This document shows positions 11,864-24,976 of a stretch of 64,000 bases of DNA, in pieces; the first letter of the stretch is position 1; the number at the start of each line of letters is the position of its first letter. This DNA is from Paramecium tetraurelia (Eukaryota). Below the pieces are notes generated by a model that worked only from the letters and a program-made list of their open reading frames with translations, made no database searches and had not been told where the DNA came from. The stretch spans positions 62,001 to 126,000 of the forward strand of contig CT868670.1 in NCBI GenBank assembly GCA_000165425.1, given 5' to 3'. Both the position numbers and the translations under genes were made by a program.

Positions 11864-14800
11864 TCAAACTGAACTGACATCATTTGGACAATCATAGTAC
11901 GACGATTCGGTATCAGTAAAAAGTGAAGCCCCTTCAGGAATGTTTGCTTTGATGTAAGACTCAAATTCTTCATTGTTCTTCAAACTTAGAGTTTATGACA
12001 CCATTCCTTCTCTAAAATAATATTGTGATTAATGCATACCCATATAATTACACACTTATTTTTGATCTGTTGTTAATGAATACATTTTCATAGAATTCTA
12101 TTATTTATTCCTTTGAAATTGATTTCAGACTTTCAATAGTGACTTGTCTCTCCTCAAAAGAATAATCATCTGAACTGATGTATCCCCACAACCTATCTGC
12201 TTCTTCACTCAAAGTTTAAGGTTTCTGTCTCAATTCAACAATTGCACTATGTCTTAAATGCTCAAATTGCTTCTTATTCATTGTCTTTAAGTATTCATCA
12301 AATTGAACTAGGAATTCTTCTATCAATTCATTGACCTTCATTGGCAATTCTTTGTTTCCTTAAACTAGGAACAATGCTCCATCAATGCAACTGACTTATT
12401 TGAATTTCATGGCTACAACATACCCTAATTAGAGATCAGTTCTTAAATGATTATATGCTTAAGAATTTAGCAAAGGCTATAGAACCTTCATCAAAGCAAA
12501 ATTCTCTTAAGTTCTTTAACCAATTTAATAATAATTTAATGTCACTCCATTCAAATCACCTTTGTCTGATTCCACAAACTTGGCAAACACCCAATTTTTT
12601 CCATTCAAACTCAAAACTGAAATAGGTAATCTTGTTTATTATTCAAATTTGGCATCTTTGTCTTAAATGCAAGTCTGTAATTCAGCAGAAAGATCTTAGG
12701 CATTCTTTTGATCGATATTTCCAATCAAAAGTGAGCTTTAAATGGAGTTTTAGAGTATTTCTTTTATATCTGACAACATTTATTCTTCTGTAATATCTGG
12801 AATTTATTGTAAGACTAATTCAGGATTAAAAAAGTCTTTTCTTAAAATTGAAGGAAGATACAATTGAAATGATTGTTCATACAATTTCAATTAAAATATA
12901 TCCTTAATAGATGTAATAAGTGACTGCTTAGCTCTAATGAAATCAGGAGATTCTTCCTCTTTTTTTTCTTCTAATTCAATTAAGCTTTATGACTTTTCTC
13001 TGAATGGATTGATGCATCCACAAATACTGTTGAAAAAACTCCTAACTTTTTCACTAAATCCATAGGCTTTGATTTCTATTTGCTTTCCAATATCTAATTC
13101 TACAGAGTACCCAGTTGTTAATGGTTACCTGAGTTACTTATTTATTTATTCGTCTGAAATAAAGTTATAAATTCTGGCTGATGTAAATTACCTTATTGTG
13201 ATGGGTTTAGTGTATTATATAGACAAGGCTCCATATACAGCAGGCAATTTAAATTATGTAGAGACCTTCCACCATTGATTGTTTTCTTTATTCAAAAGAA
13301 TTGGATAGTGATTATTTTTTTAATAAACGTTCTCCTCCTTCTTACACTCATCTTGAGAGAACTCTTGCAAATCCTGTCCAGCATGAAGCATTACATTCAA
13401 CTTTCCCTCCTTATCCAAAGGTTTCAACTGCTCAGAATGTATCATCAAAGGTAGTTTAGATTGATTCGATTCACATAAAGATACTAATTTCAGGTCGTCT
13501 GGAATGAAAAGGTTCTCTTGAGGCTTAGTAAATAGTTTTTATAATTTGGAGTCTTTTTGAGTGATGATTTTAATAGAATCTTTTGTCAACTTCTGAGTTG
13601 CATATTCCAATCTATAGATATCACTCTTTTTGTCCAATCTCTTGTCTTTTAAGAATTCTTTATTATTTCCTTTTAAAGTATTATCTGTAAATTAGTATTC
13701 ATCATCTCCAATCAAGATCAATAAGTTATCTGTTTTCTTCAACTCGGAAATATATTTTAATATAAGATCTTTGTCGAATACATCCATAATGAAGCTTGAA
13801 GAGAGTACTTCTCCAGGCTCATATTTATTCAGATTCTTAGCTATACTAGAAATTTCTTAAGGTCCTTCCATGTATTCGAAATTGATTTTGGTAATCTAAC
13901 TTTGCTCCTTAAATATTTCTTCCAAATATTTTTCATCCTTTAGCCATTCCTCTAATTGCTGGATATAATTGTTGATAATTCTTGTAATTTCAAGAGAAAT
14001 GTTTCCATCTTCTAATGGCTGTTCTGGCAATGTTAATTCTATGATGTAATTGACAAAATGATTTTATTCAATAAAAATGGAGGATTCAAATTCGATCACC
14101 AGCTATTTCTCCTTTAAGTAATCCTTCAAATTTCCGTTATTCAATAAATAGTCTATTAATTCCAAAGGCTTCTAGTGTACGAATTATTCTCTTCCACTTA
14201 ATTACCAATTTAACAACACCAACTTCTTTTCTGTTTTGTATTTACCCAATAATCCAAACTAATATGGAAATCCTGAAATCGACTAAGGTATCAAATTTTT
14301 GTTCTCTATCTTCGAGAATACCTTGACCATTTTCTCCATCTCATTTAATGTTAACCTACTGGAAACAGCCAAACTCATTATGTTAGATGAATAATTGTCC
14401 TAATAGAACTTCTTCAAGGCTTCCACTACACCTTCTTTAGCCAAAACATCATTGTTTCCTATACTGAATCTGCTTGCTGGGTGTTTGGGATCTGCTAAAA
14501 GAGCAAAGAGATTAACGACTTTCCAATCTTCGGTGCTTACATCGATTTCATATTCTGAATTAACGGCATTTCTTTCCTTATTTACTGCATCTTCATTAAA
14601 TAAGGGATCAATAAAGAAATGAGCAAACGCATCCAAAGCTTTTCCCAAATGATTCACAGTAATTTCAAAATAATAATTAGTATTTTATGCTTCTGTGTAT
14701 GCATTTGATGAACCTCCACCCTTTGCCATCAAGTCATCGAAGAACCCTGTTTAAGGATATTTCTGCGACCCAATGAATAGCATATGTTCACAAAAATGAG

Positions 14801-15227
14801 CTAAACCAGGATATTCATTAGGTTCATGCCAAGATCCTGCTTTAACGTCCATAGCAGCCGATGCCATTTCTGATTCTGAATCGTGTATCAATAGAACTTT
14901 CAAATTATTCTCCAATTCTAAATATCTATATTCTCTATGATCAATAATAGGTTTAACCACATTCACCTTATCAATATGCTGTCCTTATAATGGTTCTAGC
15001 GTGCCTGTCTAAGATGCTGATATGAAATTCCTCTCTGGGATTTAATCTTTAATTGCATTCGCTGCAGAAACGTATTATAATGGTTTATCCAATTGCACTA
15101 AACCTGAAAGATCACATATGAAGAGGGTAAGAAGTGTGACCAAGACTACAAATAAGGTACTAATCATTGTATTACAAGCTGAGTTTAATTTGGCTCTCTC
15201 TATTGCTTCACGTCTTAGTTTTTACAT
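11864..15227 (-). CDS. Insulysin/pitrilysin-family (M16A) zinc metallopeptidase with N-terminal hydrophobic anchor
   Basis: DHREYRYLELENNLKVLLIHD, inverted zinc motif GLAHFCEHMLFIGS, NAYT, ERNAVNSEY, YNHLRT.LQLGYVV; one intron near 12012-12039. Confidence 0.92.
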
Positions 15228-15399
15228 AATTATTATTAAAATAAAATTTTTCTTTGTTTCTTACATCCTATCAGTTTGTTTACTTTTTGTAATTCATTAT
15301 TGATAATTATATATAATTTACACAAATCACTGCATTATTTAATTTAAATTTGGATGCAACAAAATCATATTATAAATTGCTCATCTCTTGCACTTATTT

Positions 15400-16176
15400 T
15401 CAGTTAGCAAAACCATATCTCATAATATTTTAATCATGGAATCGGACTTTCTTCTTCTTGATAGTGATTGTTTCATTATCTGAAGCTTTTTTACTCAAGA
15501 TAGGACTAGGAGTAAATGATTTTACTTTGGAAATGCTATCCCAACTCACCTGAGCATTGCGATCATCCACTGTATTGCTGATCTTCCTTTTAGATTGTGT
15601 ATTCTCAGTCTTCGGAGGTAGATCAGAATATTTTCTCCTTGAAATAATTGCTATTTCATTTGTTTAATTAACATTTTTCTTCTATAAGGAGGAGGATTTA
15701 TTTCTAGTTGTGTAGTTTTAATTCATTGATTATTAGTTGATGTTTCTTTACGGTGATATCTATTGCCTACGTTCTTTTTTGGGGCTGGATGAATGATGCT
15801 TTGGGATTATTTCTTTATTCTTCTCTTTGCTTTTTTTGTCCTTATGTTTTTATTACTCCTTTTAAGTATCAATTGGTTTCTTGCTCTTTAATTTTATAGT
15901 TGTCTAATTTTCTGCAATCTATGAGAATTATTTTTAAAACTGACTCTCTTCTGATGGCACTCTCACTTTAGAAGTGATGGCATTCTCAAAAGAAATACTT
16001 TATCTCGATGGAGATGGCAGCAATGCATGAGGCGTTTCTGCTTATGTTAATTAGCTAGATGGTATGAAGCAACTCATCTAAGTATTTTCATGCTGTTTAG
16101 TTTATGGAAATGAGTCTTGTCTTATTGTTAATGATACTTGGGTCATTTCCCTTTAATTTGAGCAACCATTCCCCAT
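15400..16176 (-). CDS. Low-complexity protein with N-terminal MGNGCS acylation motif and C-terminal KKVRF (RVxF) motif
   Basis: Code-6 ORF from MGNGCSNQRE to SPILSKKASDNETITIKKKKVRFHDQNIMRYGFAN*. Confidence 0.75.
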
Positions 16177-16319
16177 TTAATATATAACTTAAAATTATTT
16201 AATTATTTTTCACTAAAGTGATATCTAATTTGTTGTCATAGTATTGAAAACATAACATACTTGTTGATCTTTAAAAATCATTATTAAAGATAATCTATTT
16301 TTCATTATAAATTCAAATA

Positions 16320-17270
16320 TCAATTACCTTACATATAGATTCCCTTCACCAACCTTTCATCCTAAAAATAAAGAATTTATTTACTAACACAGTAAGGCCT
16401 AGATTGTCCTTCATCCCATCTGGTCTGGGTATCTTCAGCATGGCATCTGGGCCCAAGACTGAAGGTATGTACTCAGGAATGAAGGGTTTCAAATGTGGTT
16501 CGACTTTAATTTACTCTGGTGTATATCTGAAAAATGAATTTAGAATACAATGAAATTATCTTAAATATATCTTAGAAATTTTCTTGAAGGTTCTCATAAG
16601 GCTAAACTCTTTTTTGAATTTTTTCCTTCTATTATTCCGATTTTTACTTTCTGCTTTTGTGGGTTCTATGTCTCCTCCTTTTTTGCTAGTTTCTATGTGT
16701 CTTATTGTATCTTTTAATCTTTATTAACTTGGTGATTCGAGAGTGCTTCCCTCTTTAATTTGATTTATATCTTATTACCACATCATATAAGCCATAATTA
16801 TCAAATTTGCCATCTGGTCTTTGTATTGATAAGCCATCTTCAATTAGATTTACAGCAGGTATGTAATCTGGTATGAAAGGCTTTAGTTTTACATCAAGTT
16901 CAATATGTTTTGGTTTATATTATTGACTGTTTGTTCATATCATTGTTTATTACATGTATTGTGTTATATTTTCATAGAAAACTTCACCCTTTTACATTTA
17001 GTTATCCTTCTATTTCTAATTGAATACTTAATCACTTTTATTGTATTCACTTGTTCTCTATAATTAACCAGATATACCAATGTTTTATTTAAAATTGCTA
17101 CTTAGAATCAAACTCAGAAATTTCTGAAAATGATTAAGTTGTTTATTCGAAAATTGTTGAGTCATCTGCTAATTCATCATCTATTCTACTATTATCAATA
17201 TTAATTACATATAATTTTGTTCCCTTTTGCTGATTAGTGCTTTTTTGCATTATTGACTATTGGATTTCAT
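16320..17270 (-). CDS. IFT46-related protein with two copies of the IFT46 LKPFIPxYIP..RPDG module
   Basis: YKPKHIELDVKLKPFIPDYIPAVNLIEDGLSIQRPDGKFDNYGL and YTPEQIKVEPHLKPFIPEYIPSVLGPDAMLKIPRPDGMKDNLGLTVLDE match the IFT46 signature. The 3' end is uncertain. Confidence 0.75.
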
Positions 17271-17443
17271 AATAAAATTAATAATCAATGAAATAACTGT
17301 TATTTAAATGAAAAATATACTTTTGAAGGAAATATACAGTAACACATTTATCAAGAAATAATAAATATAATATTTATAGAATTTGTTTCAATTTAAATTA
17401 ATACATTATAATTTGAATTGAATTGAAAAGTAAATATTCAATT

Positions 17444-18924
17444 TCATTTATGCTAGAAACTTTTCTATTTTACAAAATCTTTGTTATCTTAATTATCATT
17501 GTCTTATGTTAATTAATAAGTAGTTTTTCTTTAAAATGCCGGACTATTAACTTTCGTTATCTTTACTATAAAATAATATTAAATTTCTAATACAATCTGC
17601 ATGCATATATTTATTGACATTGTCATTAATTGAATTGTTCAAATAAGCTTATTAAAATTCTTTTTCTGAAGGTTGATTTTTCAAAACTTTAAGTTTATCA
17701 TCATTCTTCTTTTATAGATGATCCAACCATGATGTTGGTGGTTAAGTTATTGTATCTTTGGAACTTTATTTGTTGTGGTTCACACTTTTTTTGGATCTTT
17801 GGGTAGATTGGGAATCCTAATTAATAAATTATTATTTCTTGGGAGTTGATGTCTTTGGTTATTAAACTAGGGAAGTCATTCCCTTTTGAAATATTTCATT
17901 TTTTATGATAATCTAATTATTATTGGTGTTATTGATAATGTGATTTACAACTTAATTGTCTTGGATATTGTCATGACTCTATGCACTATGATAGCTCCCT
18001 TATGATCTATACTAAGTAGCAGCTCTTAGACTACTCAGCTGACCTTGTAACAATTAAATTTGTTTCTCCTTTATTTCTAAGTATAAGAACACACTAAAAT
18101 ACATAGCATTGCATTCATTTGTGAATTGTTATTAGAATCCACAAGTCCTTTTATTCTAGTTTCTAAATTGGTTATAATCATTTTTACTCAGCTCTTTTTC
18201 TTGTCTTTCCCTTAACTCCTACAATTATGCTTCTAAGTATATATTCTTGGCTGACAACTCTGAGATCTCTTTGAGTCTGCTATCCATTTGCTCATATGCA
18301 GCCTTCTCTATTTCTGTAAGTTCCTAGATCTTCTCATTTTGACAGAGAATAATATCTAAATTCTTGATACAATATATACCATTAAGTTCTACATTTTTTT
18401 TTCTTTCTACTTCCAAATTCTATTCAAGTTGTTGACATCTTTAGTTCAGTTCCTCATAAGTCATTTGATATTTTTAATTTTTCAACTCTGGGGGTTTCAA
18501 GTTATGAACATCATCAATCTCAATCTAAGAATTATATTGTTTGCCATCTTTGATCTCGATGAAATCTTTTTAAATTTCATCCTCATCTGAAACAGTGTAA
18601 TTAGAAACTCCACTTTTAAATAATGAGCCATATGGTTGTATAGAAGTTGCCTTAGCATTACCAGATGAACTAATCATTTTGCTTGCTACACTCATATATA
18701 TAAATTAATAACCTTTCTGAGATTTTATATTGCAACTACCAAAAATCGAATCCACCAGCTAAGATTGCGTTTCTTCTACATTTAATGGATTATGAAAATC
18801 ATCAATATCGAGCTTATTATCAATTTCGGTTAAGTAAGTATTTTCTCGGATGATTTTTTGGATCACTAAATAGTATTTAATAGCTACAAATAATTGGATC
18901 TATTTTCATAGCCTTTTCTGACAT
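17444..18924 (-). CDS. Coiled-coil protein, unknown function
   Basis: ATG at 18924 (MSEKAMKIDPII), short introns, heptad-rich central region (YEELNQRCQQLEQNLEVER) and S/T/Q-rich tail. Confidence 0.65.
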
Positions 18925-19549
18925 TAAATTGCTGTGTTGTCAAAATATAAATAAAATTTAATGCACTAATTAAAATGATTATATATTATAGAAATCAATT
19001 TGATTACTTTTATTTTTCCTTAGAAAATATTTCTACAAATTATTCAATATCTAATCAAAGATTTATTTTATGAAAACAACCTTATAATATCTTGAGTATG
19101 CCCATTTCCATTCATTTCCTCATTAAAATTGTAATTTCACTCATAGATTTCTTCAATTATGACTTTTAAAAATATCATTATTATTCCATTAGTTTAGAAT
19201 CTCTTTCTATTTTTGGTATTAATTTATGATTAACTATCAATATTGAATTTGAGGTTTACTATAGATTAAGAGTATGGTTAGGTTTGAATATTATTTCTTT
19301 CAAAATAATATTAAGAACTCTATGCTTTATGTAAATTAGATTTCCATTATATGGCTATGATTTATGTAGTTTTTATTATTTATATTCAAGTGACTACATT
19401 AAAATGATAGTAAATGCTTATTCTGTTGCATTATTTAGGATGAAACCAGAGAATGATTATCATTTTGCTTAACATCATTGATAATCTAGATATATAAATA
19501 ACTATAAAGAAGGGTATATGAATTAATATGATAAACAAAACATAAACCT

Positions 19550-21072
19550 TCATAAATTCTTATTGATTCCATTTTATTCCAACATTAACAAATAATCTTA
19601 TTTCACTTTAATTCCTGCTTATCCAACTTCAGAATGGATTCCATTATAGAGTACACAATTGTCAAATACTAAGAGCATATCAATGTGAAATTCTTTTAAG
19701 CATCTGTATTGATTATTTGATAATTTTGACTATGATAATTGCAATTAATACTTTAATAGTTCCAAAATCCATTGGGTTCCTAACGATATCATAATAATCT
19801 AGGATTTAGTATCGATTAACATCAACTGGCTCTAGAAAATATACACTTTGTTTTAATTTCCAAAGTTGATTGAGTATTTTCTTCGCTATTTTATCCCACA
19901 TCTAATCTTCCTTGATGGATGAAATCATGGCCTCGTCTATAGTATCATCAGGATTTATTAACAGTTTAGCAATTTCAGGGAATTCTTAAGAAAACTTCTC
20001 AAAATCCTCATTAGTCACTTCTTTCGAGAGTCCCTTTTCATCAATATGCATTATTTTATATTAAAATTTAGGTAAGTCTTTATTTTTCTTTCTATTAATC
20101 TTTTGCTCTATTTTGGAATGGCCATCATCTCGTTTTTAATTTGTCTCGTCCTTCTATCTTTAAGCTCCTAAAATTAACAGGTCGTAGACTTCTTTTCGAT
20201 TAAATTTTTTAGCATAAGCAACAGCTGTTTTCTTAGTTGCATCTTGATGACTTATCTTGCAACCAGCCTAGATCAAATCAAACTGAAATTATTACATCAA
20301 TCAAAAGTTAACATGCTTAAAATTGACCTTCTTTTGCTGAATAAAACAGAGCTGTTTGATCTAGGATTTTATCTCTGTGATTAACATTTGCTCCATTTTA
20401 AATTAATCTTTGCAGAATTTCGACCTTATTCTCTCTAGCTGCATAGAAAATAGGAGTCTGACCATTCTAATCCTATTCATTAACACTCAACCCTTTAGAA
20501 ATAAGGAAATCGAATAATTAACATCTTCCATCTCTACATATATAAAACATAATAGATTATTGCATAGCATCTCTGTAATGGATATCAGATCCATGTTCAT
20601 AGAGTGTTTTGAGAATTAAATATGCTTGGTATTCAGCAGGGGCTTATACTGCATCATAGGTTGGAATTTGTCTATTTTAAGGTTCCATCTTATTTGCTAG
20701 ATCAATCTAATTTTGATATTTATCTAATCAGTATATAGACTTGAATATTTACTCAAATACTATAGAACTTTATCTACATTCCCATACTTGACAGCTTATC
20801 GAAATTCATCTTCAATTTATCTTATTTATGAAGTGCTCAGTCTATCTTGCTTCGGCTCCTCCTTTTAAGTGAGCAACTCTTTGAATTAATTGACATCTCA
20901 AATATTGATTGCAAATACCAATATCGGCGGTAATCTGAGACACTATTTTCGTGATATCTTGAGGGTTATAATTTAGACTTTGCAGAATGCTTATCACCTA
21001 CTCGGCATTAACCTTGCCATCATTAGCTGCTATATCGAAACGCATTAGAGCCTAGTGCAGAATACTATCCAT
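19550..21072 (-). CDS. Ankyrin-repeat + bromodomain protein (alveolate BDP1-like) with an EF-hand-like N terminus
   Basis: Ankyrin repeats GLSVNEQDQNGQTPIFYAARENK and GANVNHRDKILDQTALFYSAKEG; bromodomain YFLEPVD...DYYDIVRNPMDFGTIK...LVFDNCVLYNG. Confidence 0.9.
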
Positions 21073-21102
21073 TTTATATTAAAATATTTAGTATAAAATT
21101 TA

Positions 21103-21920
21103 TCATAACTTTGTCATGCTCTGAATGTTCTCCTTTTGATTAGTCAAATCATTTTTTAGATTCGATAACTTCTTTGTAGCTTTCTGATAATACTCCACTC
21201 CATCTTGAACTGCTTGAATCATATTTGTTGTTTCAGTATGCATTTAATCAAATTTTTAGATCAATTACTTCTGCCACAAATCTGCTAGTTAATCAATTAA
21301 ATTGTTCATGCTTTTGGCACTTTCAAACATCACAGTTTCCCTGGAATTAGATTCTCTTTAGTGATTCATACTATCAGCTAATTGAGGATTGGTCTATAAA
21401 ATATTTGCAATTGATTTTTATCAGTGTCAATGATATCATTACTATCCTCTGTCTTTTGCAGTTGCTCAATAATCTTCTTAATCTTATTAATCTTCCTCTA
21501 ATAATCTTGCATAACTTCATAGTTAGATCTATTTAAAATAGTTGCATCCTCAATAAATGGCTTGACTTCCTTAATCCTATTATCAACCTATAGCTTGATT
21601 TCAGACAGTAATTATGGATAATCCTACAACATTTAAAGATAAGTTATTCTATCCAAACTAAAGAGTTATGTGTTCTTACTATAAATAGCAGTTCCAATCC
21701 TTCTCACATCATATATAGCCTCCAGTAATCCTAAAGTATCACCTTCCCTATAAACAGAAATGGTAGAACCATTAGCAGCTCTAGTAGTAATATCTGCTAT
21801 TGAAACAAAATCAACTTCTTCTGCATAATCATCAGTTTAAATTAGGATATCACCTTAAGCCCAATTCAATGGAGATATCTTAGGAATCACATTTATAATC
21901 AGTTCGATGTCTTATTTCAT
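21103..21920 (-). pseudogene. Truncated cyclic-nucleotide-binding-domain gene (C-terminal tail of a K+/CNG-type channel), probably a pseudogene
   Basis: IPKISPLNWAQGDILIQTDDYAEEVDFV...YREGDTLGLLEAIYDVRRIGTA...LFSLDRITYLQMLQDYP is a cNMP fold followed by coiled coil. No TM region upstream, and the needed 29-nt intron (21394-21422) starts GA, not GT. Confidence 0.65.
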
Positions 21921-22898
21921 TACTTTAATGTAAATGTAATAATTAAGACTATAGAATGCTATAAATAAATGGGTATGTTATTTGTAATTTTCATTAATTA
22001 AATGTCTAATCAATCTATTTATAATTGAAACTAAAAGATCACACTTTATAAAGATATAATAAAAATATAAAAAAAAATAATATATTTTGACCTCAAATTT
22101 AGTTTAATATATAAAGGGATGCAAAAATAATCATTTTAAATTTTATTGTTTAGCATTATTTATTTATATTTAGATAAAATTCCTTATGCTCTATAAAACA
22201 AGTATCTTATGAAAACTTTTAATCACCAAACTCATTTTAAGATGTTATTTTTAGCTTCTATTATTCTGAAATTTTGAAACCACTTAATTGTTATAATTTA
22301 TATACTAACAAAATATGGATTCAAAGCTATTGACTTTAAATTGTCTTTTATCAAAAGATTTTCCATTTTAAAACTTACAATATATATATCTTTAAATTCT
22401 TAAATATAGTTTATCAAACTATTTTATTAATTTAACCAATAAATACCCTTTTAGTCAACTCCTCTCATAAGATAAAAATTCAAATATTATTTTCCCTTTT
22501 TGTGTTCAAAAGTATAAAGTCATTTAATCTATTTCAATGAACTTTTAACCAAAATTTAAACTAACTTATACATGATATGATATAAGAATTTTTAAATAAA
22601 TTCCCATAATAATTGACACTGCTTTAAACAGTATAAATATGATTTAATCTCAATAAATAATATTCAGCACTAGTTTCAAAAATTGGATTCTCTTCTAAAT
22701 GTGTAAACAGTAAAATTATCAAAATTTATTATTTACAATAACTTTTATTCTGCAGAAGCAATAAAGGAAAAGCAAGAAATAATAAATAAAATAATCATAT
22801 GAAACTGAAGTTGAAAAAGTTATATATTCATAATATATAATCAAAAACTGAATTTGCGTTTAAGTTTATTTTAATATGCATATATGAAATAATATGTA

Positions 22899-23800
22899 TC
22901 AATTGATAATGGCAGCTGGTTTTCTTGTTTGTCTATCATTATAAGTCAAGGATAGTTTCTCTGCTTTTTCTTACTCTTATTTTTAGACATCTGCTGATCT
23001 AGCTTCCAAATTTGCTGACTATTATTTAGATTAGTGAAATTACTTGGGTCACATCCAATGGATATAATGGAAATTCTTAATCCCCTTTGAATAGAGCTCT
23101 CAATTCAAAATAGTATTTTGCATACAAATCACCTTTTACTGTGACATTATACTAAAGCAATTCTAAGAACTTAGCTTCTAATTTATTGATTTCCTATTGT
23201 TCAAATTGAAATCTTACTTATGTTGTGAAGAAGGGGTAGATGAATGCAAAATCAGCATTTGATAAATATTTGTCATCCCACACTTTTTGGGCTACTAACA
23301 ATGAACTTAGAAGTAAAGGTCTCCAATTTGTTGGGTTTAAGGTCAATCCCGTAAATGCGATCAGTCGATTTATGTAAACTAAACAGATGATACAACATTC
23401 TGGACTGAATCTAAAGAATATTAATATATTATTACTATGCGCAATCATAGAGTGCCTTCATGAATTCATAGATGTTGTCAACACTTGGAGGTTCTCTTAA
23501 TAGTAACTAAAATGTTTAAAATAATGGACAACCTTCCTTTGCTCGTCAAATTCTTCGGGCTTTTCTTCGATATACTTTTCTTCACTAAAGAAATACAATT
23601 CCGAAGTCTTTGGAATCTATTTTCCTTGCTCCTAGTCCTCCTACATTTAAGAATGAAGGATTGTGGAAACAGCCTAAATGATTGATTTAACATTAGGATT
23701 GGAAATGGTTGATTTAATATACCTAACTGTAAACAAAATAATTTTACATGGAGGACGTGGTATTGGAGTATCTGTCTTTTTGTTATTTGTTATTAATCAT
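22899..23800 (-). CDS. Cyclin Y-like protein
   Basis: STISNPNVKSIIQAVSTILH, FSPECCIICLVYINRL, NWRPLLLSSLLVAQKVWDDKYLSNADF, FLELLQYNVTVKGDLYAKYYFELR. Confidence 0.92.
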
Positions 23801-24001
23801 TTAATTAAATATATTATTTAATGATCTTTTAATAAATATGAATTCTAATTAAATATTATTTTCAGCAAATAAAAATGGAAAAAAATGAACTATGTTAATA
23901 TAATAAAAATTGGCAAATTATATGATTATATTCATTTAATAAAATTGTATTATTTAACAATTATTTATTATCAAATCTTTATTATTAAAAAAATTAGATT
24001 G

Positions 24002-24976
24002 ATGTAGTCAGACGTAATCTTCAGAACGGCCAAAGGTTGGGATTCTTTCAGTGATAAGTATGCAAGAAGAATTTAAAAAAATACTTCCGTGTTTTTCATG
24101 ACCCTATTGAACATGCTACATTATGAAGAGGCTAATAGGTATCTAAAACCAATAAAATATAAGTATTTTGGATGCTGGCTGTGGAGCAGGATATTTACAT
24201 TAACACATGTTGAATTAAAAGAAACCTGAGGCTCATCTATATGGATTTGATCTAAGTTCCGAAATGGTTAGGAGAGCTGGAGCAAGGATGAAACGTTCCT
24301 TAAATAAAGAATAAATTGGATCTTTAGATATATTAACTCATGAGGAAGTGGATTCCGTCAAATTTGGTATATATTTAGGTATATTAATTTAGATGATGAA
24401 ATCTTCAAAAAGATAAATTATCATTTATCTGTTGGAAGTGTCGAGGACTTAAGTCAATACAACAATGAAATATTCGACATTTATGTGTGCAATCTTGTCT
24501 ATCAAATAATTGGAGATCAACCTAAAGCAATGAGCGAAGCATTCAGAGTGTTGAAACCAGGAGGAAAAGTTGGAATTACAGTTTGGGGAAAGAAAGAGAA
24601 TTGTTCCGCCCTATGGTTTTTGAAGGAATTGGCATTTGAAACTGGATTAGCACCAGCTGGAATGCAAGGAGGAAGATTTGTATCAGATCCTGAAGAACTA
24701 ATCACATTAGCTACTAATGCAGGATTCATAAATCCAAGTATTTAATTCATTATATCTATAGTATGTTGGTCCTAAATGACTCCATTTGATGTTGTGAGTA
24801 TGAAAAATGTGGAAGAGTTCTTCAATCCAGAAATAGAAGGAATCTTGGCTAATTCTACAAAAGAACAAATAGATATTTATTACAAAGCCCTTGAAAAAAT
24901 GATAAACGATTATAAGAGAGAGAAGAAACCATTTCCATTCGAGTGTTATTTGTTGGTCGCAGAAAAACCAATGTGA
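24002..24976 (+). CDS. Class I SAM-dependent methyltransferase (UbiE/Methyltransf_11-like)
   Basis: Motif I ILDAGCGAG, YGFDLSSEMV, VGSVEDL, and AMSEAFRVLKPGGKVGITVW; three short introns. Confidence 0.9.

Noticed and set aside
19200..19481. Short plus-strand hydrophobic code-6 frame
   Set aside because: No convincing start or motif; long stop-free frames arise easily by chance when TGA is the only stop.
21394..21422. 29-nt interruption as a retained IES
   Set aside because: No pair of TA dinucleotides within it gives an excision of at least 26 bp that restores the frame, and there is no TAYAG-like end. It fits an intron with a mutated donor better.
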